Assembly: GCA_052327205.1 (NCBI GenBank)
Contig: CM126234.1
Span: forward strand, 29,388,001-29,452,000
Direction of reading: 5' to 3'
Origin: Somniosus microcephalus
Lineage: Eukaryota
DNA: 64,000 nucleotides
Part shown: in pieces, positions 12,470 through 24,470 of the stretch
Layout: each line of letters begins with the position of its first letter
Numbering within the stretch: the first letter of the stretch is position 1
Notes under the pieces: generated by a model
Seen by the model: the letters and a program-made list of their open reading frames with translations, nothing else
Database searches by the model: none
Told to the model about the DNA's origin: nothing
Position numbers and translations under genes: made by a program

Positions 12470-12822
12470 AAGGTTTTACAGGCTTGGGAGATCCCTGGTC
12501 TGCATTGAATTTGTTGATCTCAGAAGGGGCTTCAGCGTTGACCGCAGCATCCCAGGGCTACAGAGAATATAAACCAGTTAGAGTTCTTCCTTCTATTTTC
12601 CGTCCAGTGACTTCTGCTGGAAAGCAGATGTTGGTGACGGTTGCAATTGGGTTTGGCTGTGATGCACTCCGTGGTAGAATAGCCGGACAGCAGTCACTTT
12701 AAGATCTTGCACACGATGAGCGGCTACTTGGGGAAGATACAACAGGGCCACTGTTGGCCATGGAACCACACCCAGCATGAGTCGGTGCTTTCACGAGAGG
12801 AGAGAAAATTGGAACAGAAAAT
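12470..12822 (+). mobile_element. Old unclassified SINE-like repeat
   Basis: Shares tgctggaaag, ctgtgrtgc..tggtagaatagcc and ccatggaac with 24205-24470; related copies reversed at 19960-20358 and 55585-55870. Confidence 0.55.
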
Positions 12823-15664
12823 CTCCATCATATTTTATTTTCTAATCAAAGTATCCTACAAATAGCCAAGAGCTGTCCCTATGAAAGAACATGCAACCAT
12901 TCAAATTTCAACACCTAGTCCTTCTGCACCCCCCCCCCTCCCCATTTAACCCAAGTCAGAACCCAGTGATAACTGGGTGGCTCATTCTGACTTTAGGAAA
13001 TTGACCTGAAATTGACTAATAAATCAATGGTAATGAGATACTGTCACTTTAACTGGCTGACAGTGGGAGCTGAGATCCTTGTTGATTATTGATTTATGCT
13101 GTCTCAGTACTGGGGAATGTTGGCCTTCGTGCAAACAGACATCATTAAAGTTTACATTTTTTTTACCCTTTGTGTAAATGATATAATATGGAATATCAAC
13201 ACGTGTCACTTACCTACCAATCATTGAAACACAGAATCAGGCTGATTGGCTGCAACAGATGGGAAGAATTGGCCGCGTCTATTTCCAGTTCACAAGTCTC
13301 TCCAGCTATACTGATATTTTAGTGAAGCTGGTTTCTCTCTTTTGAGGCTAATCTCGCACTGTCACCCACAATGAAGCTTGGAAATGTTCATATTAGTACT
13401 TAGTATCAGTATGGGGAAAGAATTTCACTGCTCGCTATGTGTGTTGCTGTTGTAAATGTATTAAAAATGAACGTGTACAAAGTCACTACATATAGTGACC
13501 AGAGCAATTCTTATCTCTATATTTTTTTGTGTCGGGTGAGGAAAAGGGAAGTGAATGCTATTGTCAGGGTTCAGTCTATTGTACTGTAAAATCACACTGA
13601 GATTCAGTTCTGGAACACAGCAGGTCCACACCTCCCCGTAGAACTTAGTTGCATGCTGAATAATTTGGGAGTCATTTAATAAGAGTTATTCTGCATGGTT
13701 TGTGGTGTCAATACCTCTCCATTTTAACCCTTTATGGGTTACTTCTAGCACAATAGAAACCTCTGTGAGCGAGATGGAAAGAATCTGCTCTGGGATTTAT
13801 AAACGTCAAGAGCGAAGGTCCAGTGGTTTATGAACATCATCTGAACCTCTAGATTGGATTAGTGTCTTAAATTTGCTTAGTGGTGTATAATACTACAATT
13901 AATTTTCTTTGCCAAATCCGGGTTGTCATTGATATGTGGCATTTGTTTAACATGCAGGTCTTTTGACATCTTTTTAATGTTTGGGATAATAAATAACAAA
14001 AGAACTTGTATTTTTGAAGCACCTTATCATGTATCCCAGAAATATCTCAAAGGGATTCACATGGTATGAACTACATTGTGCGCTTACTGTTGTTATGTGG
14101 GTACTATTGCCTTTATTGTATTGGACTTGAAGGTACAGTTGAATTTCTGACATGCAGACATAAAGGTATACAGTATTGAACCATATGGCAGAACCAGTAC
14201 TGTTAACAGGTTCATTTTAACAGAGAAATATGATCACTGTGTCGTACAATATTAGCATTTAAGCACCTATTTCAATTTTTATTCGGCGAATTCTAAAAAT
14301 TAAGGCATGCTCTGTGGTTTTTGTCTGATTCTAGTTTATAATAATCAGCAGTAGGAATTTAAGCAAAATCATTTTATCGATCTTGTCAGAAGAAAAGATG
14401 TAAAGGCTTTTCAGCACTCAGAGGGTTAATGTGATCATACATTACCTGTGTCACATAATCCATTTTAAAGGCTAAGGGCCATTTAAAGGGACAAACGATC
14501 TGTTTAAACCTTACAAAATAAAATGAAAATGAATAGCCTTCGCTGACTCTGATTTATACTCGAGACAAACTTCATTAACACAGAGTGCCTCCAATTAGTT
14601 AAGCAGTTAATTTTGTCCATGGGAATTGCAAGTCGGGTTCTTCTCCCTCATCTAATATTGTCAGTGAGATCCAAACATAACAATGTCTGTCTGTTTACCA
14701 GAGACCGCTCATCTGGGAATCTTTCCCCGGAGTTGTGCTCTTAATCATGATTGTAAGAACATAATTTAAAAAATAGATGCTTTTATAGCAGTGAATAAAA
14801 ATGAGTTTAGATTAAATTAAATTAATGATGGCACTCGGTTCTACTTATCTGTTTATGTGTAAACAGCAGCATCAGGATCCCATTTATCTGCAAGTGATGA
14901 CATTTTTTTAGCAGCATACTGCTTAAGTGTGTGAAATACTGACCCATCCCTTGATTGCTCCCATTTGATGGTAATACCTGTAATTGAATTTCTGCAGATC
15001 ATACAATTACCTGGTCACATACTTCAAAGTAGAGTTCTGAAAACATTTCACACAGAATTCTTAGATGACTACATTTTCTTGGCTGGACTGTTTGCCATCA
15101 GAATTTCTGACGGGAGTCCTGTCCTGCTGAGAAGACTCCAGCCTTTTTTGGATGAAAGATGCTCTGACCCCCCACCGTGCCCCCTCCCCCCCTCCACTGA
15201 AGAAAATCAATAATTTAAATGGGAGGAAGATCAAATGGGTTCCTATACAGGTGTGTGCTCTAACCCACCTGATTTCCAAATATTCAATGCACCCAGGCAA
15301 TATAGTGCACCTAGGACCAACTCTCTCCTTCTGTTTCTAGCCTTGGTACAAATGCAGACAAGACATGTTATCCAAAAATTTTTTCTCTTTACGTGGCAGA
15401 GGTAATTGTGTGAATTGTGTTAACCCAAGTCCAAGATAATGGAGCTTAACCTTTCAATAGAACCAGTTTCTGTAGTAAGTAAATTAAGCATAAGTTAACT
15501 TTACTTATGTTTATATGCTGACTCTGTTAAAATATATAAAACAAATATTATGGCGGGGCCGAATTATTCTGGTTGCTATATGTAGGGACATTGTAAACCT
15601 GTTCTTTTTGAATGCATTCACCATGTTGCTACACACTGTGACCAGAGCAACTCTTCTTAGTATA

Positions 15665-15840
15665 TAAACAGAAAATGCTGGAAATACTCAGCAGGTCAGG
15701 CAGCATCTGTGGAGAGAGAAACAGAGTTAACATTTCAGGTTGATGACCTTCCATCAGAACTGGAAAACGTTAGAGATGTAACAGTTTTTAAGCAAGTCCA
15801 GAGGCAGGGAAAGGGGAGAGTGGAGGAAAGAAAGAACAAA
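15665..15840 (-). mobile_element. Penelope-like element terminal (pLTR) fragment
   Basis: aaacagaaaatgctggaaatactcagcaggtcaggcagcatctgtggagagagaaacagagttaac...; a common shark repeat carrying a hammerhead-like core. An inverted copy lies at 17813-17941. Confidence 0.7.
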
Positions 15841-17812
15841 TTATTCTCCCTATATTGTCTCATTCTGTGGAAATGCTTGCACGCATTCTGATGGCATCAA
15901 ATAATTGTTTGAAGGAAGTGTATGTCTGCAGTATTGATATTTTAAAATACAGTACCTATTGAATAAAATGCAGCAAAGTTTGAGAGAATCAGAAAGCTGG
16001 TGGAACGTTCCCAAGTGTCCAGGTTAAGAATTCAATCCTGCAACACCATTATTCTAGATCATTTTTAACTTGTGGGACTCAGCATCTTTATAAATTCAGT
16101 AAGACCCTTTCAATGGGACTCGCCTTCCTCCCCAGTAATAAAGTAAATTTCCCCTTGAACTGATTGTTCTTTTAGGTATTAAAATATGTGCTACTGATCT
16201 TGATTGCCAGTAATATGCCCTATAAGTGCGTAAGTGCTAAATCCATTAACTCATCTATATCAATCTGTTTGCATTGGATAAGAGAGTGTACAATTGACTC
16301 CTTGGGCTCTATCTATTGTATTGCAATAGCAGGAATACAGGCATAAAGTGTAGAACAAAAAGTAATGCTTCTTTGTGTCATTGAAGTAAACCAAACATTT
16401 GGTTTCAAAATACTATTGCAGTATGCCTTGATTTGCTAAGTTTATTTATTTGGAATTACTTTACAATTTAATACAAACATTTAATAAATAATTAGACTGT
16501 AATCATATTTTTATTGATCCAATCATGTTTGGTAAACCTTGATTTATTTCTGTTTAAAAATGCATATCTTAAAATAGGTATTTAATAAATCAGAAATACA
16601 AAGAAAAAGTGGCGTCGGAATTTACCAAATGAAAACATCAGTTTTAGCGTGGCTTAAAGAAGTGACTAATTATTTATGAAGATTTATAAACAAGATATTG
16701 TTAAATTCAAATGTGATTAGTTCTTTAAAAATATATATCTTAAAATAATTTAATAACCGTTGACGTGTAAGCCAAATTTACTCAAGACAATAGTGCTTCA
16801 GTTATTAAATCCAGAGGTGACACAGACTAGGTTTCCTGATCCAATAATGTGCAGAAACAAAGGAACCAGTTTGCAGAGCATGTGAATTTATTCAATAAAC
16901 CCATCTACATTCCATGTATCTTCCTCTTCTCTCTTTTGGCAGTGCATTTGGAGATCTCTGAGCTAATTAGGCCCTAGATGTTTCCCCACTTTAGATATGA
17001 TCAGGACTTATGGGAGCCAAGGGAGCAGGTCACTGCAGAAAACAGCTGCTGTTAAAGGAGATTAAACATAGCAAAAAGCTCAGTAGAGACTTAGAAAAAA
17101 AAGATTCACAGTCTGAGGGAAAAAAAAGAACACACCGACACCAATGTTAGAAAACGGACGGGCTTCAAGGGGATCCCCTGGAGTTAACGTCACTGAAGTA
17201 CATACGAACGCACTGTTTCACTGAGCAAATGGACATCTAAGATGGCTTCTCTTAGTAGCCTTTGAATTAAAATATTTTTTTAATTGATAGTCGTGTTGCA
17301 GGGGTTGCATCTAGGGTAAGTAAGTAAGCTAAGTAACCTTGCCCCTAAAGCTTCCTGCTCCTTTTTAGCAGAGAGCAAAACCATCAAAAAGCAGAAGCTG
17401 GAAGTGAAAGGGAAAAACTGCTCAATGAGATCAGCCTTTCTTTCCCCCATTCTCCCAGGAGCTTCTGCAATCACAGCCGACATGGTGCAATTCAGCAGCT
17501 TGATTAAAAAAAATAGATTAACCTCCCCTCCAGAAGCCTGACTGTGATTCCATGATAAACAGCAGCGATGTGGAAGACACAAAGCCATAAAGATGTGGGT
17601 GACCTTCTGAGGACTATGCAGTGGTGCACCTCCAAATCAGCCTAGGAACCTAATTCACTTGATAATCATCCCAAAGGGCCTCTCTGTTACTCTCATCTAA
17701 AACTGATGAGCCTCATTATACATTCCTTCAGCAGGGCTGTGTGGAATGAGAAGGGGAATCTTCAGTCAAAGTCCAAGGGATTCAGCCACTTTCTCTCACC
17801 AGCTATCTCCAT

Positions 17813-17941
17813 AGAAAGGTCACCAACCTGAAACATTAACTTCATTTCTCTCTCCACTTATGCTGCCTGACCTGCTGAGTATTTCCAGCATTTTCTGTTC
17901 TTATTTCAGATTTCCAGCATCCGCAGTATTTTGCTTTTGTA
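17813..17941 (+). mobile_element. Penelope-like element terminal fragment
   Basis: tgctgcctgacctgctgagtatttccagcattttctgtt is the reverse complement of about 15667-15705. Confidence 0.7.
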
Positions 17942-18035
17942 TCCATAGACTCTGATCTGTTTTGAACCTTCTATAGAATGAGGGCTAGGACAGAGTAAAG
18001 GAGTCCTGACAGGATCCCAAGTAATCAATTAACAT

Positions 18036-18125
18036 ATGGGAGTGGGACTAATTGGTAGTTCTTTCAGAGAGCTGGCACAGGCACGATGGGCCGAATGGCC
18101 ACCTTCTATGCTCTATGATTCTATG
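18036..18125 (+). mobile_element. CR1/HER1-type LINE 3' tail
   Basis: Same tail as 2846-2934, ending in (tatgattc)n. Confidence 0.8.
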
Positions 18126-18902
18126 TTTGACAGTACACATGAGCAACTTGTTCATAGGGTTATCTCCTATCCAAATGCAAAAAGTGATGTAATTCTCAGA
18201 AGGGCTCTATTGTTCCATGTGTAGTAGGGCAATGATACCCGAGAAGAATAGTATAAAAGTCTTGTTGAGTTTGCTGTTGGTGCTGCTGTGTTGCCAGGAA
18301 GGTAATACATTGACCAGCTTCCTTGGCCAGTGAATCAGTAACCAACCAAGAACAGGGCAGATTGGCTGATGTCAGAGACTGAAAAGAGAGTTAGGTGTAC
18401 TGTCAAAGGCACTGCTAGTGGCACTGCTGACTAATTACTGACTGATTCAAGATCTTTTTATAAGTCAACACAAAGACCAATTATCAATTCTTTTTTTAAG
18501 CTTAAAGTGAATCTATCTTTGACTTATCCTTCATAAGAGGTTTCAAGGGTGGGGGAGAAGGAAGCATACACTTGCTGCATAGGATACAATCTTCTTCTGC
18601 TCATCCACCCGTTGGCAGCAGTTGCCTTGTGCATCAGACAAGTCCCTCCTTTGTCAGGATGACATATTTCCAATATGGCTTTGCCATTGTTTGGACCAGC
18701 TGCTAGTTGAGGCAAAATGCTGTTCCTATTTACCACCATGAAATGAATAAAATTTGGGCACGTCACAAAGCCGTACGGCAAATTCAATCCGTGCCCCCAA
18801 AAATGAAGTGGAATATTGCTCTGTGTCAGGTAGGGTGATTTGAGGGAGAAGCCTCAGCTGTTCCTTTTATGGCTATGGTGTGTGAAGCAGGCTTGCACCT
18901 AT

Positions 18903-19124
18903 CTGTCCTGGTCAATATTTATCCCTCAACCAACCTAAAAACAGATGATCTGGTCATTATCACATTGCTGTTTGTGAGAGCTTGCTGTGCCCAAATTGGC
19001 TGCCGTGTTTCCTACATTACAACAGTGACTACACTTCAAAAAGTACTTCATTGGCTGTAAAGCACTTTGGGACATCCTGAGGTCATGAAAGGCGCTATAT
19101 AAATGCAAGTCTTTCTTTCTTTCT
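18903..19124 (+). mobile_element. Deu-SINE (SacSINE1-like), 3' half
   Basis: Deu-domain text cattgctgtttgtgagagcttgctgtgcccaaattggctgcc plus L2-type tail aaggcgctatataaatgcaagtctttctttc. Confidence 0.85.
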
Positions 19125-19132
19125 TGATCTAT

Positions 19133-19380
19133 AAATACAGAAAATGCACAGCAGACCAGACGCTATTTGAGGGGAAGCTAGGTTAACGTTTTGAGTGCAG
19201 CCTCTCTTTGTTTCCTTGGCATTCCCTGAGTTTTCTTTCTCAGCCCTGTAAAGGAACTTCTTCAACCTGACTGTGCTGGTTACGATGAAGGGACCCATGC
19301 AAAACGTTCATCTTTCACATGCTGGCTGACCTACTATATATTTGCAGCATTTTCTGTTCCTATTTCAGATTTCCAGTGTT
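19133..19380. mobile_element. Two degenerate Penelope-like ends in inverted arrangement
   Basis: acagaaaatgc...gttaacgtttt on the left and aaaacgttc...gcattttctgt...tttcagatttccag on the right. Confidence 0.5.
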
Positions 19381-19959
19381 TTTTTTTCTTTTTCCCACTT
19401 TTATTTGTGTATTATGGACCATGAATCTGTATGAATTCACGTGTGGGTTGTCAGAAATGTAGTAATAAAAATAGATCATCGCTAACAATTTCCGTCCCCA
19501 TGTCCTAGCTGCTTGATAGTTTGAGGCTGGATATTAAAATACTGCACCAGGACGATGGACACCAATTTGTACATTAAAGTCTTGTTTCTATTTTAAACCA
19601 CATGCAGAGATTAAAAACAACATGTCCAAATGTTGCTCTACATGTCTGCACTTTAATTCTTGGCATTAAATGACCATTTGAGCCTCGGGGATTGTAAACC
19701 ACTATTGATTGTTCCTCCAGCTCTCTGAGCAATCTTTCACCAGTGCTACCTCAGCATCAGTCAATATTTGGACAATATGAGACAGTTCTATTTGATTTAA
19801 GCCAGATTGGATTTTTCCTATTTAGTAGTCGGAAGTGGATTCAGTTTTCTTTAGGCATTCCCCTTTTAACCATTCTACTAATGTAACCCTGCAGAGTAAA
19901 TAGGGTTCCATATACTGGAACATCTTTTTATTGTAAACTCTGCTTCATCCTTTTCCCCC

Positions 19960-20358
19960 CAATTTTCCTCCAAATTCCCCCTTCCCTCCTCCTATTCTGA
20001 AATCATTGATTCCGTGCTGGGGTATGATTCTACAGGCTCCACTCACCCTCCAGTACCTCATTCAAATCATCATTCCTCAACTGCAAGTCTGAACAATGAG
20101 TTTGGCAAGCTATTCACCTGTGGGAGCAGCATCACAACATTGCCTCATCCTGTCTTCACCCAAAGACAACAGGCTAAGAGGTCACTGGATAGAAATCTGA
20201 AGCAGGAACTCTGGCAGATTTTCCCCAATGAAAGCACCCCTAATGTTACCCCAGCTTAGATCAGCAAATGCAGCACAAACTAGGGATTGCACTGGAGACC
20301 TTCCTGATCTGTATGGCTTTGTTACTCATTGCTTTAACAAGCTAAGCCATCAGAGGAG
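19960..20358 (-). mobile_element. Old unclassified SINE-like repeat
   Basis: Reverse-complement similarity to 12470-12822 and 23650-24470. Confidence 0.5.
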
Positions 20359-20603
20359 CTCTTTGATGTGTTTGTATTGATCCAATGGGAAAAAGGCTTT
20401 AAAGTTTAGCTATAAATATTTATTGATGTAACCTGTTTTTACTCATCAATATCCTCAGATATCACTATCTTATATTTTCATATTTCTCATTAGTGTGCAT
20501 GGGAACTCCTCCCCTATGATGTCAGTTACTAGCGGTTCCACAGAAAACATGGAAATAGTGGAGGAGGGGTTCAGTTGTCACAGTTTTGCCCTGCTTTTGC
20601 CTT

Positions 20604-20818
20604 CAACAAAAACTTGCATTTATACAGCGCCTTTAACGTAATAAAACGTCCCAAGGTGCGTCACAGGAGTGTAATCAGACAAAAATCGACACCAAGCCAA
20701 AGAAGGAGATAGTGGGACAGGTGACCAAAAGCTTGGTCGAAGAGGTAGATTTTAAGCAGCATCTTAAAGGAGGAAAGAAAGGTGGAGAGGCGGAGAGGTT
20801 TAGGGAGGGAATTGCAGT
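20604..20818 (-). mobile_element. L2-type LINE 3' end
   Basis: Reverse complement of 54505-54711; the tail is shared with the Deu-SINEs. Confidence 0.8.
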
Positions 20819-21031
20819 GCATATATTTGTTTAATTAGTAACATCTTCTGGTCCCAATACTGTGCGGTTAAACAGGATCTAATGTACATACCCTTTCACA
20901 GTATCCTCCAGTAGAAACATGTACTGTATATGTGGTAGAGATACACCCACATTCACAGGCTATTCCACCGAGTGTTCACACTGCTGCATGCTCTTGATAT
21001 CAAGACGTCACACAAGTAGCAACTTCGAATG

Positions 21032-21400
21032 ACATAGAATGTACAGCACAGAAACAGGCCATTCGGCCCAACTGGTCCATGCCAGTGTTTAAGCTCTACA
21101 CGAGCCTATTCCCACCCTAATTCATCTAACCCTATCAGCAGAATCAATACTAAAAGCATGAAGAGGAAGGTTACAAGAAATTATTTTCACGTGAAGGGTT
21201 ATTAGAATATGGCATGCCTTGCTGCAAGTGGCTATTGATTCATTCACAACTTATAGAGGGAATTAGATAAAGATTTAACGAAGAGGGAAATATGAGCGGT
21301 TGCAGGGAAATCAGATTAGAGTAGACAGCCAGCTGCAATGTGGAGTTAGTGCTGACATGGGCACAATGGGCTGAATGGCCTCCTTCGGCGCTGAAATTTC
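21032..21400. mobile_element. Two CR1 3'-end fragments back to back (21032-21140 minus; about 21170-21400 plus, degenerate)
   Basis: catagaatgtacagcacagaaacaggccattcggccc on the minus strand and gggctgaatggcctccttc on the plus strand. Confidence 0.65.
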
Positions 21401-22708
21401 AGAGTCCTGTCAGTACGGTAAATGGTATTCATGATGAGACTGTGTCAAACAGGACACACATGACAAAATGTTTATTCATTACAAATCAAGATGATGTGCA
21501 GATTCCATACAGCTTCTATCCCAGGCATTTCTATGACATTCACATGAGGCTCCAATGCTCAGTCATGGTATACATGTTAAGCTTGCAGCATCTGACAACA
21601 TTACGGAGGTTTTCATGTGTTTGTGTTCCCAATGTGCAAATGTATCAAAATGTTCACACATTGCAATGTTAATTAGAATTAGAAGTCAGAATGTCCCAGT
21701 CAATCAATTTGATTTTTCTCTCTGTAATGCAAGACATACTGCCATTTTGCCGTGGTCAGAGTTTGTCAGTTACAAAACTTCTTAATTATCAGCATAATTT
21801 GTGTTGCTTTCCAATATCAATACCTTTGCTATGCAATTTACCCAGTCTGCAGTACATAATAATTGTCATATAAAATCATTTGGCTCAGAGACTTGCAGTA
21901 GGCACCAGGTAAAGATTTGACTGTCTACTCGCGCCTGGTATTTCATGGCTTGTGTATATGTCCTGGTGTCAACTCCTGTGCATTGTGTATTGTGAGCTAT
22001 CTAGGTTACCGTAGATATCTTCTGCCCATCGAAGAGATGAGAGCCAGTGATGGAGGGGCTGGTATTGACTTATCTTGTATCTATGGGTACAGCATTTTGT
22101 AAATAGTACATGTCACCGGTATAAACAGTGTGCATCTGCATGGGGAACAGTTTGCATGTGATGCAAATTCCAGTGTCAGTTTTTGCAGTGAGTGCTGTTC
22201 AGTGAACTCTCCGCAGTGATAGAACGCAGTGAGCCAGCAACTCTTCTCCTAGGTTTCGATAGGTGAAAGGGTTAATTAAGAGGGCTTGAGGAGCTATGCA
22301 ATGATAATTACTTGGAAACTACAGCATAGCAATAAATCCAGATTCAAGTTTCAATACAATTTTTATGCTGGTTATAGTTTTTAATCTACATGATGTTGGA
22401 TGTGAATAAAGAACCCATGAGAAATATGTCATGCAGTTGTTTAAATTTTTATAAATTGAAAAATGTAGATGAAGGGAAAAGGTCTTTAATACAGAATACA
22501 ACCAAGGTTTGGAAGACCAGATCAATTGAGAAGGATGGTTTTTGTGATGCCAGGCTCGGGTCTTAAAAGTCTGAAATTGAAGGAGGAAGAGAAGATTGAG
22601 GGAGATGAGGAGTTCCATATTTTGAGGATCTGAGAAGAATGAGTCCTGATTTCAGCACAGCGAGGATACAGGGAAGATAAAGAGCACTTAGGACAGTTTA
22701 CTTGTAGT

Positions 22709-22858
22709 TATTGCTGTTTGTGGGAGCTTGCTGTGCGCAAATTGGCTGCCGCGTTTCCCACATTACAACAGTGACTTCAAAAAAAGTACTCCATTGGCTG
22801 TAAAGCGCTTTGAGACGTCCGGTGGTCGTGAAAGGCGCTATATAAATGCAAGTATTTT
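22709..22858 (+). mobile_element. Deu-SINE (SacSINE1-like) 3' fragment, little diverged
   Basis: ttgctgtttgtgggagcttgctgtgcgcaaattggctgccgcg...aaggcgctatataaatgcaagt, with CpGs retained. Confidence 0.85.
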
Positions 22859-23649
22859 TTAGAGGGAACAACAGAGGAAAGTTTAGAGTCCCCAAGCCCA
22901 TAGTAGTGTAGATTAAAATAGAGAATAATAGGAAATGTTATGATGGTGGGACCTGTAAGCTAGAGTTTTTTCTTATATGCGGTGCAGGGTAGCAAGAGAG
23001 GTGGCGAGAGAACTTCCTCCTGATATAAGAGCGTTATTCAATATATCAGTTCAAAGCAATTCAATGAGGCAGTGTAGTCAGATGCTGCCTGACATACCAT
23101 TAGGTTACTCTAGATGAATTCCTGGATGCAGAAAAAGAAAATTGCTGCACCTTCTAGTCATCTTTCACCTTAGCAACAGCAAACAAGGCAGCACGCAGGC
23201 TAGTTTTCTTTATATATAGCTTTGAAGAATAGCGCATTGCCTCTTTTAAGCTGCACGATTGATCATGTGTTGAGAATGTGAAGAAGGGGCGAAAACAACA
23301 ATTGGTGCTGACAGTTGATGCCTTGGGACCTGTCAAGGGTAGACTCAGGGACACGTCATATTAGAAAGTGTGGTCCTTGGCAGTGCAGAATGTTCCTGTC
23401 ATGCACTGAGCAGCGGCATTGTACTGTAGAAAACATTTTTTTTAAATTAGTGCAACAGAGTATGCAGTTGTTTAGAGAACAGATATCCCCTGCCAAAATA
23501 TATATATATATATATTATACAGAGTGATAAACCTGTATGCAATTTAACTGTCCATTCTGGTACATGTTTCATTCATTACCATTTAATTCAAGTCCAGTAT
23601 AGAAAGCTTGTCCTAAAGGGTGGGCAGAAATTTAGTTGTAAGCAGAATT

Positions 23650-24470
23650 CGTAAATACTACACCTGGTATTGCACTTAGCCAAACTGATCAGGAAGATCC
23701 AGTGGTTCTGTTCCTGGTCTGAGAACATAAGAATATAAGAATTAGGAGCAGGAGTCGGCCATTCGGCCCCTCGAGCCTGCTCCGCCATTCAATAAGATCA
23801 TGGCTGATCTTCGACCTCAACTCCACTTTCCCGCCCGATCTCCATATCCCTCGATTCCCCTAGAGTCCAAAGATCTATCTATCTCAGCCTTGAATATACT
23901 CAACGATTCAGTATCCACAGTCCTTTGGGGTAGAGAATTCCAAAGATTCACAACCCTCTGAGTGAAGAAATTCCTCTTCATCTCAGTCCTAAATGGCCGA
24001 CCCCTTATCCGAAGACTATGCTCCCTAGTTCTAGACTCTCCAGCCAGGGGAAACAACCTCTACCCTGTCAGTCTCCCTCAGAATCTTATATGTTTCAATG
24101 AGATCACCTGTCATTCTTCTAAACTCCTGAGAGTATAGGCTCAATCTCTCCTCATAGTGAATCTATGGCATCTAAGGCAAGTATATCCTTCCTCAGATAA
24201 GGAAGTGCTACGTTAGATGATCTCAGCCAGGTGAGGTAAAAGAACATCTGACTTCGGTGTCGAGATTACATTTGGTGCCAGTGCTGGAAAGTGTACGGGG
24301 TGTGGGTGTCTGCAATGGGGTTGACTGTGGTGCCCTTCTTGGTAGAATAGCCTGCTAATATTCATGGTTCATCCGTGAAAGAGAGGCACCTGGTGAGGTG
24401 CTGCAAGGTGCCTGTTGTCCATGGAACAGTGCCCCAACACGGATCAGCACCTTCGGGAGAGCAGGGGTTA
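23650..24470 (+). mobile_element. Old unclassified SINE-like repeat split by the CR1 insertion
   Basis: 23650-23721 joined to 24205-24470 is colinear with 12470-12822. Confidence 0.5.
23722..24204 (-). mobile_element. CR1/HER1 LINE 3' fragment inserted into an older SINE
   Basis: ORF 23817-24056 MFPLAGESRTREHSLRIRGRPFRTEMKRNFFTQRVVNLWNSLP and an (agaacata)n tail. Flanks cctggtctg | tgctacgttagatgatctcag rejoin to match 12494-12523. Confidence 0.92.

Noticed and set aside
24443-24466. REST/NRSE-like TCAGCACC..GGAGAGC
   Set aside because: Non-canonical spacing, and it lies in the tail of a decayed SINE.
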